Made by a program: the position numbers and the translations under genes. A DNA stretch of 64,000 nt from Blastocatellia bacterium (GTDB taxonomy: Bacteria > Acidobacteriota > Blastocatellia > UBA7656): the NCBI GenBank assembly GCA_036505875.1, contig DASXSR010000360.1, positions 517-64,516 of the forward strand, written 5' to 3'. Shown here one piece after another: positions 37,324-47,986 of this stretch. Numbering within the stretch: the first letter of the stretch is position 1; each line of letters opens with the position of its first letter. The notes beneath the pieces are model-generated. The model was given only the letters and a program-made list of their open reading frames with translations. It did no database searches and had not been told where the DNA came from.

Positions 37324-38331
37324 TCAATTATATCGAAGCCGGTCGCGTTCTGCGCGAGCGGTCTCGACGAAGGCCGCCGCAGCCGGATCCGACGGCGCCA
37401 ATTCATCCAAGTCGGTTGCCCGAAACTTGAAACTCACGCGGCCGTCCTTATCGATGTACAAACGCAGATCGCCCTCCTGGGTGTTGCCGGGCGCCGCGGT
37501 TATCACCAGCGTATTTGCAACTTGTCGCGTTTTGTAAAAGCCCGCGGCGTCGGCCGCAATAACGACGTCAGCCTCGAGGTTCTGAGCGGCAAGTTTGAGC
37601 GCAGGCTCCAAATCGCAGTGTGCAACAACGATTAATACGTCACACTCCTTGCGCGCTTTCAAAATGGCCGGCGTGGCAGCTTGAAACATATCACTGACCG
37701 TCGCGTCTCTCACGCCGTCTCCGGGAGCACTAGACTCGGCCAACCCAACAAATCCAATCTTGATTCTTCCCTTGCCGCCGTGGATTCGAGAACCGGCAAC
37801 CTCTTTGACTGAGTACGTGGGAGGCCTCGTCTCATCCTGACTGAACACGGCGTTCGCCGAGATCAGGTTCTTAATCATCGGAAGTTTTGCAACTCGCTCT
37901 TCAAAGCCTTCCTTTCTTAGAAGCTTTCGCGCATAGAACAAGTCGTCGCGGCTCAAGTTGATGACGTCGACGGGCCATCGGCTATAAGCCTTGGCGACCT
38001 GTTCGTTCTGCAACTGAACCAACGGATATTCGGCGTTCCCATAGAAAAAGAACCCGCCTTCCAACAGAATAACCGGCGTTTCTTTGAACTTCTTTTTGAA
38101 CGCCTCAACATAACCGACGCGACGCGCCAGTCCCCCGCGGGGGTAATTTCAGTCACAGGTGTCGAGGTTCCCGCGCATGTTCGCGCCGAACAAGATCGCG
38201 AGCGCCGCCCCGTCGTCTGCGCCAAGCCGTTCGTCCAAGCTCAATTTGTTGTGTTCTTGTGGCGTTTGATTCATCGCGTGAATCGTCAAACACGCGACTA
38301 CCAACAAGGCCCAGAATGCTTTTCGAGGCAA
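37324..38331 (-). pseudogene. Secreted 5'-nucleotidase/metallophosphoesterase-like homolog interrupted by a single in-frame TGA (pseudogene, sequencing error or recoded gene)
   Basis: The 38149-38331 segment (signal peptide ...ILFGANMRGNLDTCD) and the 37324-38148 segment (NYPRGGLARRVGYVEAFKKKFKETPVILLEGGFFFYG...VLIVVAHCDLE) are in the same frame, separated only by the TGA at 38149-38151. The GGLAR / hLLhxxG / VVxHxD spacing matches the UshA-type 5'-nucleotidase N domain. Confidence 0.5.
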
Positions 38332-38524
38332 AACTAATGCTCCTCCGCGTAATTGGAATCCCGATTATCTTGACAGAGTTTTGGCGCGGTTGCCAACCTC
38401 GATCGCCCGCGCTGTTGCAAGTGCCTACCGAATGCGATAAACTGCCGGAAATCTTGGGTAACAGTGGATCAATCAACAAGCAAGATCGTCAGGCGTAACT
38501 TATTCTCTGAAAGGAAGGGATGTT

Positions 38525-40072
38525 ATGTGGATTCGAAAAGGACTCAGGGATTTGAAAAAGGGAGTTGACTCGCCCATGCCCACGCAGGTCGTGTCTAACG
38601 AGGAGTTCATTCCGCGACCGCAGACTCACCGTCAAAAACAGGTCGAGCAGTTGATCGGCGAGATGGGCGACGAACGAGCCAAGAAACTCGGCATGAGCAG
38701 ACGAGCGTTTATGGCGAGCTCGATGGGCCTGGCGACCTGCTTTCTCGCCTCCAACAAGGTCTACGGCAAGTACTGGGACGTCGACGAAGCTGAAACCTGG
38801 GAGGCTGCCGCGTATGATGAGAGGTGGCCCAAGGGCGAGTACTTCATCATCGACGTACAGGCCCACTTCACCAACGGCTTCGCGATTCCCGGCTTCCGCG
38901 ACGCCGAGTTCGTTAAGAACATGGGCTTTCAGCTCAAAACAGACCCGGAAGCTTATAGCTTCAAGAACTTCGTCAAGGAGATGTTCTTCGACAGCGAGAC
39001 TTCGATGGTCGTGATCTCAGGCGTTCCTGGTCGAGAGGTCTTGCGCGACAAGGAGGGCAAAGTGGCTGAAGGCATGGCGCGCACACCGGGAGTCTCCGGG
39101 CGCGTTCTGCCAAGCTGGGTTATGGCTGAAGCCCGCAAACAAATCAACGAGATCGCAGGTTCGCAGCGCTCTTTGAATCAGGGTAACCTCGCGCCCAATC
39201 ATTATTGGGACAAAGTCAAGAACCAAATTGACAAAGCGGCTTGCCTCGAGCAGATGGAGCGCGAGCTAAAAGTCTACGGAATCAATTCCTGGAAATGGTA
39301 TTGCCACACTGATCCCGGGCAGTCGGGTAACGGTTTTCAGCTCGATGACGACAACGCGCAGTGGTTCATCGAAGAAACACGAAAGCGCGGTCTCAAATTG
39401 ATCAGCGTGCACAAAGGCTATTCATACCAGTCGCGCACGCTTGGTCATCTGGCCAATCCTAAAGATGTCGAGAAAGCGGCGCTTCGCAATCCCGATTTCA
39501 ACTTCGTAGTTTATCACTCGGCGCTCAAGCACGGTCTGAATGAACCTGGGGGAACGGCGACCAAGGATACCTGGCTCGACAAGGACCACAACAACTACGA
39601 TCCGACGACCGGCGACTTCGAGTGGCACCGAGTGCTGATGGACATCAAGAAGCGCAACCCGCAAATGAACAATGTCTACTGCGAGATCGGAAGCTTCTTC
39701 AACACGCTTGCCATAATGCACCCCGAATTGTGCATGCACGGCATGGGGAAGAACATCAAGTATTACGGATCGGACCATGTAATTTGGGGCACCGACTGTC
39801 TGTGGTGGGGCTCGCCGCAATGGGGCATTGACGCTTTGAAGCGCTTCCAGATCTCAGATGAATTCTGCGAGAAGTTCGGCTACAAGAAAATCACCAAGGA
39901 AGACAAGGCGAAGATCTTCGGCTTGAACGCGGCACGGCTGTATAAGGTCGACGTTAAAGCGAAACGCAACGCGCTGCCTGCTGATGCGCTGTCGAGGCTG
40001 AAGATGGCTTACGTCGATGACGGCGGCCAACGGAGCAACGCAGCTTACGGTTGGGTTCGCGCGGGCGACTAA
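38525..40072 (+). CDS. Amidohydrolase-2 family (TIM-barrel metal-dependent hydrolase), Tat-type signal
   Basis: 515 aa; [19 protein letters not shown] twin-arginine-like leader; metal-binding His regions (ISVHKGY, VVYHSAL); C-terminal D in [10 protein letters not shown]. Confidence 0.7.
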   Translation: MWIRKGLRDLKKGVDSPMPTQVVSNEEFIPRPQTHRQKQVEQLIGEMGDERAKKLGMSRRAFMASSMGLATCFLASNKVYGKYWDVDEAETWEAAAYDERWPKGEYFIIDVQAHFTNGFAIPGFRDAEFVKNMGFQLKTDPEAYSFKNFVKEMFFDSETSMVVISGVPGREVLRDKEGKVAEGMARTPGVSGRVLPSWVMAEARKQINEIAGSQRSLNQGNLAPNHYWDKVKNQIDKAACLEQMERELKVYGINSWKWYCHTDPGQSGNGFQLDDDNAQWFIEETRKRGLKLISVHKGYSYQSRTLGHLANPKDVEKAALRNPDFNFVVYHSALKHGLNEPGGTATKDTWLDKDHNNYDPTTGDFEWHRVLMDIKKRNPQMNNVYCEIGSFFNTLAIMHPELCMHGMGKNIKYYGSDHVIWGTDCLWWGSPQWGIDALKRFQISDEFCEKFGYKKITKEDKAKIFGLNAARLYKVDVKAKRNALPADALSRLKMAYVDDGGQRSNAAYGWVRAGD

Positions 40073-40100
40073 CGAGGCATCGGGGAAGAAATAGAGAGCT

Positions 40101-41042
40101 ATGCGGATTGGCGTGTTCATTGGTCAGGAACAACTGCCGTTGTCGCAACCCGGCGAGGGCGCGCGCAAGCGTTCTCGCCTCGATGCACTCGCGCAGGAGG
40201 CCCAATCGCTCGAAGCGCGCGGCTTTCCCTCCGCCTGGCTGGCTCACATCTTCGAGCTCGATGCCATTGGCGCTCTTACGGTCACAGGTCGAGAAACGCA
40301 GCGTATAGAGTTAGGCACTGCGGTTGTACCAACCTTCCCGCGTCACCCTTACGTCATGGCCCAGCAGGCGCTGACAGCGCAAATAGCCTCGGGAGGTCGG
40401 TTTACGCTCGGAATCGGTTTGTCGCACGCGTTGGTCATCGAGAGCATGCTTGGACTCTCCTATGACAAACCGGCCCGGCACATGAGGGAGTATCTCTCCG
40501 TACTCGCGCCTCTCCTGGAGGGAAGGGCTGCGTCGTTTCAAGGCGAACTCTATCGCGTCAACGCGGAGTTGCGGCTTCCCGAAGCAGAGCGAGTTCCTCT
40601 CCTTTTGGCGGCGATGGGACCGGTGATGCTCCGGCTGGCGGGGAGCCTCGCGGATGGGACCATCACCTGGATGACAGGTCCGCGGACGCTTGAAACCCAC
40701 ATTGGGCCGCGCATTCGCGCGGCAGCTCAAGAGGCCGGTCGGCGTGAGCCGCGAGTGGTGGCGGGGTTTCCAATTGCCATCACAAACGAGCCCGACCGAG
40801 CGCGTAAAGTGGCGGGAGAACTGTTCGCGCTCTACGGCTCACTGCCGGCATACCGCGCGATGCTTGATCGTGAGGGGTTGTCAGGTCCGGCAGACATTGC
40901 GCTGGTAGGGGACGCAAAGACTGTTGAGGCCGAACTGAAGCGACTCGCGGAGATCGGTGTCACAGATCTGCTCGCCGCGCCTTATGAGGCTGATGAAGGC
41001 GCGAGGCAGCGGACTATTGATTTCCTTGAAGGCCAGCTCTAA
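40101..41042 (+). CDS. Luciferase-like monooxygenase (LLM class) flavin/F420-dependent oxidoreductase
   Basis: 313 aa; TIM-barrel LLM signatures (RFTLGIGLSH, LAAMGPVMLRLAGSLADG). Confidence 0.75.
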   Translation: MRIGVFIGQEQLPLSQPGEGARKRSRLDALAQEAQSLEARGFPSAWLAHIFELDAIGALTVTGRETQRIELGTAVVPTFPRHPYVMAQQALTAQIASGGRFTLGIGLSHALVIESMLGLSYDKPARHMREYLSVLAPLLEGRAASFQGELYRVNAELRLPEAERVPLLLAAMGPVMLRLAGSLADGTITWMTGPRTLETHIGPRIRAAAQEAGRREPRVVAGFPIAITNEPDRARKVAGELFALYGSLPAYRAMLDREGLSGPADIALVGDAKTVEAELKRLAEIGVTDLLAAPYEADEGARQRTIDFLEGQL

Positions 41043-41074
41043 CGGGTTTTTCCACTGATCTTCACAAAAAGTCC

Positions 41075-42052
<978 letters not shown>

Positions 42053-42063
42053 CTCACCTAAAC

Positions 42064-42360
42064 ATGCAGCAACCTGTCTGGAATTTCGAACAAGAACCGT
42101 CCCGCGAGCCGATGGACGAAACCAGCGTCAACCTGCGCGCTTACTTCGATCGAATGCCGGACGAAAAAATGACCCAATACTCCCCGGCATGGAGCAACGA
42201 TCAAGTGATCGAGTGGGATGGAAACTTCACCGACGAGAGAAACCTGCTGTTGTTGTGCTGCGAACGGGACGTCGAGATTGACGAGTATCGCAAAGTAATC
42301 GAGGAATGTATCCGCTATCGCGATCGCGTTCGGGCTTCAATTCGCGTGAACCGAGCTTAG
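42064..42360 (+). CDS. Hypothetical protein (98 aa)
   Basis: ORF only; acidic, no recognised motif. Confidence 0.35.
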   Translation: MQQPVWNFEQEPSREPMDETSVNLRAYFDRMPDEKMTQYSPAWSNDQVIEWDGNFTDERNLLLLCCERDVEIDEYRKVIEECIRYRDRVRASIRVNRA

Positions 42361-42463
42361 AGTTGGCGCCTTTTCGGGCCTTTTGCGTTCTTTACGCGAG
42401 GCGGCATCTTTGACCTATCCGCGCAGAGCACGCAAAGAAGCGCAAATACGCCCAAGTCATTTC

Positions 42464-42754
42464 ATGCAAACGCGAAGGGTAACGATTTCCAATCGCCTTG
42501 GCCTTCACGCTCGCGCGGCGGCGAGACTGGTCCGACGAGCTTCGCACTTCACAAGCAAGGTCGAGCTTCGACGCGAAGACACCGGCGAGGTTGCCGACGG
42601 CAAGTCGATCCTGAGCGTGCTGCTGCTTGCCGCCTCGCAAGGGACCTGCCTTATAATCAACACCGAAGGCGACGACGAAGAGCGTGCGGCAAACGCGCTC
42701 GTGGAATTAGTCGAACAGAAGTTCGGAGAGGAACTGTCGGATGGCGTCTTCTAG
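42464..42754 (+). CDS. ptsH: Phosphocarrier protein HPr
   Basis: MQTRRVTISNRLGLHARAAARLV has the active His in the GLHAR context; SILSVLLL is the regulatory Ser region. The track ORF starts upstream at 42383. Confidence 0.85.
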   Translation: MQTRRVTISNRLGLHARAAARLVRRASHFTSKVELRREDTGEVADGKSILSVLLLAASQGTCLIINTEGDDEERAANALVELVEQKFGEELSDGVF

Positions 42755-44531
42755 CGTGACTCGTTCGCGCGACGTGAAGCTGCAAGGTATCCCCGCTTCT
42801 CCCGGCATCGCCGTCGGTCAAGTGCTCAGGCTCGATGAGCGCGGGCGCCATCATTTCTATTACACCGGCGTGTCGCCTGCGCGATCGCGGACGGAAGTGC
42901 GCCGCTTGCGCGAGGCTTTCGATGAAGCGCGCGCTCAATTACAAGAAATCAAAGTACGGCTGGCGGAAGAGCTAGGTTACGAGCACTCGTTCATTCTGGA
43001 CGCGCACCTGTTGATGCTCGAAGACGAGCAGCTCATAAAGGAACTCGAGCATGAGATACGCGTGCGACGAGTCAACGCGGAGTGGGCCGTCCGTTCGGTC
43101 GCCGACCGCGCCATCGAGGTCTACAAACAGGTCAACGATCCCTATCTTCGCGAGCGAACCTCGGACCTGGAAGACGTCGCCACGCGGCTGCTTACCGTCC
43201 TGTCGGGCCACGATAAGTTCGATCTGTCGCAACTGGATCAGGACGTCATCATTGTTGCAAACAACATCTGGCCTTCGACGATTGCCGAACTGGACTTCAA
43301 CCACGTGCTTGGCTTCGCGACGGACGCTGGCGGTCTTACTTCGCATTCGGCCATCATCGCTCGCTCGGTCGGCATACCGGCAGTAGTGGGACTGCACGAC
43401 ATCACCCGCCTGACCAAGACAGGCAACTCGATCGTAATTGACGGCGCGAGCGGCGAGGTCATTCTGCGGCCCACAAAAGCCGTCTTACAGATTTATCGCC
43501 AGAAGCAGCAGACCGAAGCGAAGGTCAAAGAACCCGTCGCAGAAAGAGCGCAGTTGGCCGAAACTCGGGACGGTGTGCGTGTGACGCTGCGAGCAAACGT
43601 TGAGCTTCCGAGCGAGATCGAGTCTCTTGCGCTTTTTGGCGCGGAAGGAATCGGGTTGTACCGCTCAGAGTTTTTGTTTCTGACTCAACTCCCTGAGCTG
43701 CCGGGCGAAGATGAACAATACGAAGTCTATCGCAAGCTGGCCGAAGCGACCGGCGACGCCGGCGCAAACATTCGAGTCTTCGATCTGGGCGGAGACAAGC
43801 TGACGCTCGAAGGGTTCGAAGCCGAGCAGAACCCTGCGCTGGGACTCCGGGCCATCAGGCTCTCGCTCAAAGTGGAACATATTTTCCGAACTCAGCTTCG
43901 GGCGATTCTGCGAGCGAATATGCATGGGCATCTACGAGTGGTGCTCCCGCTGATCAGCACGATCGCCGAGCTGCGCGACGCCAAGCGGATCATTTCCGAC
44001 GTCAAGCAAGAGCTGGCCGAGGCCCGCATCGAGCACAACGCATCGCTGCCAATCGGCGTCATGATAGAGGTTCCCGCTGCGGCAATGATGGCCGACCTGT
44101 TCGCTCGCGAAGCTGATTTCCTGAGCGTGGGCACCAACGACTTGATCCAGTACATCCTGGCGGTTGATCGAATCAATGAAAATGTGGCGCATCTTTATCA
44201 ACCGCTTCACCCCGCAGTGCTGCGCATAATCGCTCAACTGGTTCAAGCAACCGACGCCGCGGGTGTGCCGCTCGAGCTGTGCGGAGAAATGGCCGCCGAT
44301 CCGCTGCAAGCAATCGCGCTGATCGGACTCGGCATCCGAACGTTGAGTCTTGTGCCGGGCTCGGTTCCGTTGGTCAAGAATGCAATTCGGTCAATCGAGC
44401 TCGATCATGCGCGTGCACTGATGAAGGAGGCTTTGAAGCTAACTTCAGCTTCTGAAGTGGAAGAGATGCTTGCGCGCGAGCTTCCTCGTCAGGCTTCGCG
44501 CTTCTTCGCAACTCGAGCGTCGCGTGTGTAA
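42741..44531 (+). CDS. ptsI: Phosphoenolpyruvate--protein phosphotransferase (PTS Enzyme I)
   Basis: 596 aa; phospho-His region GGLTSHSAIIARSVGIPAVVG; PEP-utilising TIM barrel GTNDLIQY; it overlaps the ptsH end. Confidence 0.95.
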   Translation: MASSSVTRSRDVKLQGIPASPGIAVGQVLRLDERGRHHFYYTGVSPARSRTEVRRLREAFDEARAQLQEIKVRLAEELGYEHSFILDAHLLMLEDEQLIKELEHEIRVRRVNAEWAVRSVADRAIEVYKQVNDPYLRERTSDLEDVATRLLTVLSGHDKFDLSQLDQDVIIVANNIWPSTIAELDFNHVLGFATDAGGLTSHSAIIARSVGIPAVVGLHDITRLTKTGNSIVIDGASGEVILRPTKAVLQIYRQKQQTEAKVKEPVAERAQLAETRDGVRVTLRANVELPSEIESLALFGAEGIGLYRSEFLFLTQLPELPGEDEQYEVYRKLAEATGDAGANIRVFDLGGDKLTLEGFEAEQNPALGLRAIRLSLKVEHIFRTQLRAILRANMHGHLRVVLPLISTIAELRDAKRIISDVKQELAEARIEHNASLPIGVMIEVPAAAMMADLFAREADFLSVGTNDLIQYILAVDRINENVAHLYQPLHPAVLRIIAQLVQATDAAGVPLELCGEMAADPLQAIALIGLGIRTLSLVPGSVPLVKNAIRSIELDHARALMKEALKLTSASEVEEMLARELPRQASRFFATRASRV

Positions 44532-44907
44532 AGACGCATATCAAGCCGCCACGGCTAGCGGTAAATGTGCATTTGTTTTTGTGAGCAAGAGAACTGGACA
44601 CGTACTTTAGAATCCCGATGCTCTTATCTTCATCTGAAAGGCTATCTTCTCCGCGAAAAATGTTGGCCAGAACTTCATCCAGAAGGTCTTTGTCTTCCTC
44701 GCTTGGAATGGCGAAGTCAGCCTTCTTTGGACCCACTTGGTAATTAGAATCCAGGTAGGTGATGCGGAACGCATTGGGACGGGCATCTCGTCTCCTTACA
44801 GCTAGAATCAACAAGATTAGCGCGCCAACCGCCAACAAAACACCAGTCGCCGCGATGATTCGTTTCATAAAACGGGCGTACTGCCGCGCGGTACCGGCGC
44901 CAGCCAC
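44374..44907 (-). CDS. Hypothetical membrane-anchored protein in an AT-rich patch; the 3' end runs antisense into ptsI
   Basis: The N-terminal TM helix IIAATGVLLAVGALILLILAV followed by an acidic region is plausible. The last ~50 codons overlap the ptsI 3' end on the opposite strand, which lowers confidence. Confidence 0.3.
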   Translation of the reverse strand: MAGAGTARQYARFMKRIIAATGVLLAVGALILLILAVRRRDARPNAFRITYLDSNYQVGPKKADFAIPSEEDKDLLDEVLANIFRGEDSLSDEDKSIGILKYVSSSLAHKNKCTFTASRGGLICVFTHATLELRRSAKPDEEARAQASLPLQKLKLASKPPSSVHAHDRARLTELHS

Positions 44908-44916
44908 TGTCCTGGC

Positions 44917-47900
44917 TTAGAAGCTGAAGCGGAAATTGAACTCAATGCTACGAGCTCGCCCCGTGCTATTCGATCGCCCAAAGAAAGGCGAGGTCAGCAC
45001 ACCACTGAATCGATCGAAGTTGACGTGATTGAGAAGGTTGGAAATTTGCGCTGAAAGTTGGATGTTGTAGCGCGCTCCTTCGTTATTGTTTCCGCGGTTG
45101 TTGTTTCCGCGACCGCCGCCACGGCCTCCAAATCCACCGCGACCGCCGAGGCCGCCTCCACCGCGACCGCCGAATCCACCGGCGCCGCCGCGCCCACCGC
45201 CATTTCCTCCGCGCCCAGCACCTGGACCACCCGAACCGCGATCACCGCCTTGGGCACTCTGATTATCGCCGACTTGGTCTTGACCTTCGGGCCCCGCACT
45301 GTCGGATTGGTTTCCGGGACCATTCTGCGCCCACCTGCCCGCGCTTTTACCCAAAGCGAAGGTCTTGCTCACGCTCAAATTCGCGTTAAACGAGCCGGGC
45401 CCGATAGCGTGTACGCCATTGGGGTAGTTGGTCTCCAGAAAGTCTCGCAACAGAACCGGAGTGCTGCCCGGCGCACAGTTAAGTATGCAACGATTCGGTA
45501 TTAACGGATACAAGCTTGCAGGCAAGTCCGAGTTGCGATGAATTCCGGCCGGGCGATCGTTGATCACCGTGTCGAAATTATCATCGGTACCCGTGGTTAT
45601 GTTAAACGGACCGCCCGACGACGCGATTATCATTGGCGTCAAGCGGAACCCATGCGGAAGCGTAAATGAACCTAGAATGTTGAGGAAGTGGCGGCGATCA
45701 GTGAATGCCGGTCCCCACTCAGAACGGAGGTCGTAGCTGTTTGCCGGCAACGCCTGCGGGCTGTCGGAGTCGCTGTTGGTCCACGAGAGCGTGTAATTAA
45801 CAAACAGGGAAATATTGCGCCCGAAGCGACGATCGCCCCGGAACATGAACGCGTTGTGGCGCGAGTTAGCGGTCGATTCAAGCTCGTAGATGTTGCCTTG
45901 TGTCGGGTCCGGGCGCACAAGCGTGTCCGGCAATGGCGCGTTGATATTGCGCGACCGGAAGAAGTGGACACCGCGCGCGTATATGTGCGTAAGCGATCCG
46001 GTAATACCCCACGGAAACTGGTGCTCGATGCTGCTCTGGAAATAAATCGTATATGGCGCTCGAAGGCTCGGATCCAGTGCGCGAACAACCGTCCGAGAAG
46101 AGTCAACCGCAGCTGTCGGGTTAACAGCTAATGGCCCTAACGGATTGAATATCGCATTGCGGATTACAATGCTCTGCAAACTGACGCCGTTGGCCCGCAC
46201 GGTGTTCTCGTACAAGCCGCCAGTCAGTCGGTTGAAGAACAACCCTCCGCCGGTGCGCAACGTGGTCTTGCGGTCTTTGGATGGAGACCAGGCAATTCCG
46301 AAACGCGGCGCGAGGTTTAGCTTATCCTGCAAATGCGATTGGATTTCATATCGCAATCCGGCCGAGAGCGTCAGGTTCTGTCTCAGTCGAATGTCATCCT
46401 GCGCAAACAACGATGCTTCGTATTGGTGGTAGCGGAATTGCGGATTGCCGAGAGAGATCGTGAACTGCGTTGCGCGCACTATCGGGCTGTTGGGATCAGT
46501 CGGATCCACGTGCTCACCGGCAACCGCGCGGCGATATTGATCGAGGCTCGAAAAAGTGTAGGTTCCGTTGAAATTGCTCGCGCTCAGATCGCGGTTGTTC
46601 CAGTATTGAAGCTGAAACCCGCCACGCACCGTGTGCTTCTTGTAGGTGTACGTGAGGTAGTCCTGAAAGTCGAGCTGATCTTGCCGTGAGCTAGACGGAC
46701 AGCACGGCGCGCCGCCACCGCTGAAAGCGTCAAGCACGTTGATTGCGACACCCGTCGTGCTTGCGGTTGAGTCGCTCACCTCGTGCTGAAACCGCATTCT
46801 GGTTTCGTGCACCAGGCGCGAGTTGATTACGAATGTCTCCGACAGCGTCAGCGTGTGATTGGTATTGTCGTTAGTTGAGCCGCGTTCGGGCAGCGTGAAC
46901 CCGCCGCCGTTCGTGACTCGATCCGATTGGTGATAATTATAACCGAAGTTGAGCACGTTTCGCTTGGTCAGCGTCGAGCCGACGCGCAACCCTATGAATC
47001 GGTTCTCGTTTGTCGACGGAACGTTCTCGATCAACGGACCATTGAGCGTGATCGCGTTCACAATGCTGCCGCTATTCACCGTCCGCTGGTCCGCGTTCAG
47101 AAAGAACGAGATCTTCTTCTTGATGATCGGGCCACTGAGAGTAAAAGAGTAATGACGCTGATCAAGGTCGGGTTTAGTGAGCGCGGAGGCGTTGCGCGCG
47201 TTGAGAGCTGAGTTAGCGAAGTTGAACCCAACGCTGCTGTGCCAAGTTTCGGTGCCCGGCTTGGTGATGATCTCGATGCGCCCGATGCCAGGATGCGAGA
47301 ACTCGGCTGAAACTGGATTCTGGTTTATGCGGATCTGCAAAATTGATTCGCGAGGCGGCAATCTTCCGCCCGCGAAACCATCGATGTAGATCTGAGCGCC
47401 GCCCTGGCCCCCGCTTGCCCCACCAGCTCCTGGACCCGCCAGCGCCTGCAAAAACTCGAGCATCTCATCTTCGTTATCGGGAAGAAGATCCATGATCATC
47501 TTCTCGTCCAGGACAATGGCGCTCATGTTCTGGTCGGGTTCGACTGATATGCCGGAGCTCTCGGCTTTCACCTCGGTTTCAGCCTTGATCGGCGCCACCT
47601 TCAACGTGATCTTCAGCGCCGAAGCCGAAGGAAGCTGCAGGTTATCCAGGACTTCCGTGTCGAAACCCTTGAACTCCACCGAAAGGGTGTAGGCGCCCGG
47701 CAGCACATTAGGTATGGAGAATTCACCGTTGGAGTTTGCCGTAGCGCTTCGCTTCTTGGCGTCAACACCGACAAGAGTCGCACGCGCTCCCGCTATGACA
47801 GCTCCTTGCTCATCAACGACCTGACCGCGTAAGCCCGAACTCTGAGCGATAGCTACCGTCGCAACGATTGCGATTGTGAGGCAGGCAAGGAGTGGCCACG

Positions 47901-47949
47901 CAAGCTTCTTCATTCCAATTCGATCCCTAACCAGGAACACACGACCCAC
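44917..47949 (-). CDS. Giant outer-membrane protein with carboxypeptidase-regulatory-like N domain and TonB-dependent-receptor-like beta-barrel
   Basis: 1010 aa; signal peptide; GQVVDEQGAVIAGARATLVGVDAKKRSATANSNGEFSIPNVLPGAYTLSVEFKGF (CarbopepD_reg fold); C-terminal ...IEFNFRFSF aromatic terminus; an internal RGG/Gly-rich tract near the C terminus. Confidence 0.8.
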   Translation of the reverse strand: MGRVFLVRDRIGMKKLAWPLLACLTIAIVATVAIAQSSGLRGQVVDEQGAVIAGARATLVGVDAKKRSATANSNGEFSIPNVLPGAYTLSVEFKGFDTEVLDNLQLPSASALKITLKVAPIKAETEVKAESSGISVEPDQNMSAIVLDEKMIMDLLPDNEDEMLEFLQALAGPGAGGASGGQGGAQIYIDGFAGGRLPPRESILQIRINQNPVSAEFSHPGIGRIEIITKPGTETWHSSVGFNFANSALNARNASALTKPDLDQRHYSFTLSGPIIKKKISFFLNADQRTVNSGSIVNAITLNGPLIENVPSTNENRFIGLRVGSTLTKRNVLNFGYNYHQSDRVTNGGGFTLPERGSTNDNTNHTLTLSETFVINSRLVHETRMRFQHEVSDSTASTTGVAINVLDAFSGGGAPCCPSSSRQDQLDFQDYLTYTYKKHTVRGGFQLQYWNNRDLSASNFNGTYTFSSLDQYRRAVAGEHVDPTDPNSPIVRATQFTISLGNPQFRYHQYEASLFAQDDIRLRQNLTLSAGLRYEIQSHLQDKLNLAPRFGIAWSPSKDRKTTLRTGGGLFFNRLTGGLYENTVRANGVSLQSIVIRNAIFNPLGPLAVNPTAAVDSSRTVVRALDPSLRAPYTIYFQSSIEHQFPWGITGSLTHIYARGVHFFRSRNINAPLPDTLVRPDPTQGNIYELESTANSRHNAFMFRGDRRFGRNISLFVNYTLSWTNSDSDSPQALPANSYDLRSEWGPAFTDRRHFLNILGSFTLPHGFRLTPMIIASSGGPFNITTGTDDNFDTVINDRPAGIHRNSDLPASLYPLIPNRCILNCAPGSTPVLLRDFLETNYPNGVHAIGPGSFNANLSVSKTFALGKSAGRWAQNGPGNQSDSAGPEGQDQVGDNQSAQGGDRGSGGPGAGRGGNGGGRGGAGGFGGRGGGGLGGRGGFGGRGGGRGNNNRGNNNEGARYNIQLSAQISNLLNHVNFDRFSGVLTSPFFGRSNSTGRARSIEFNFRFSF

Positions 47950-47986
47950 GGAGGAGTGAAAGGCCGTGTGTTCCAGGTCTTCCGTG

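Noticed and set aside
45058-45300. Possible CRISPR-like or tandem DNA repeat array (Gly/Arg codon repeats)
   Set aside because: The repeats are imperfect codon-level repeats within a continuous open reading frame. No spacer-repeat periodicity and no cas genes were seen, so this is protein low-complexity, not CRISPR.
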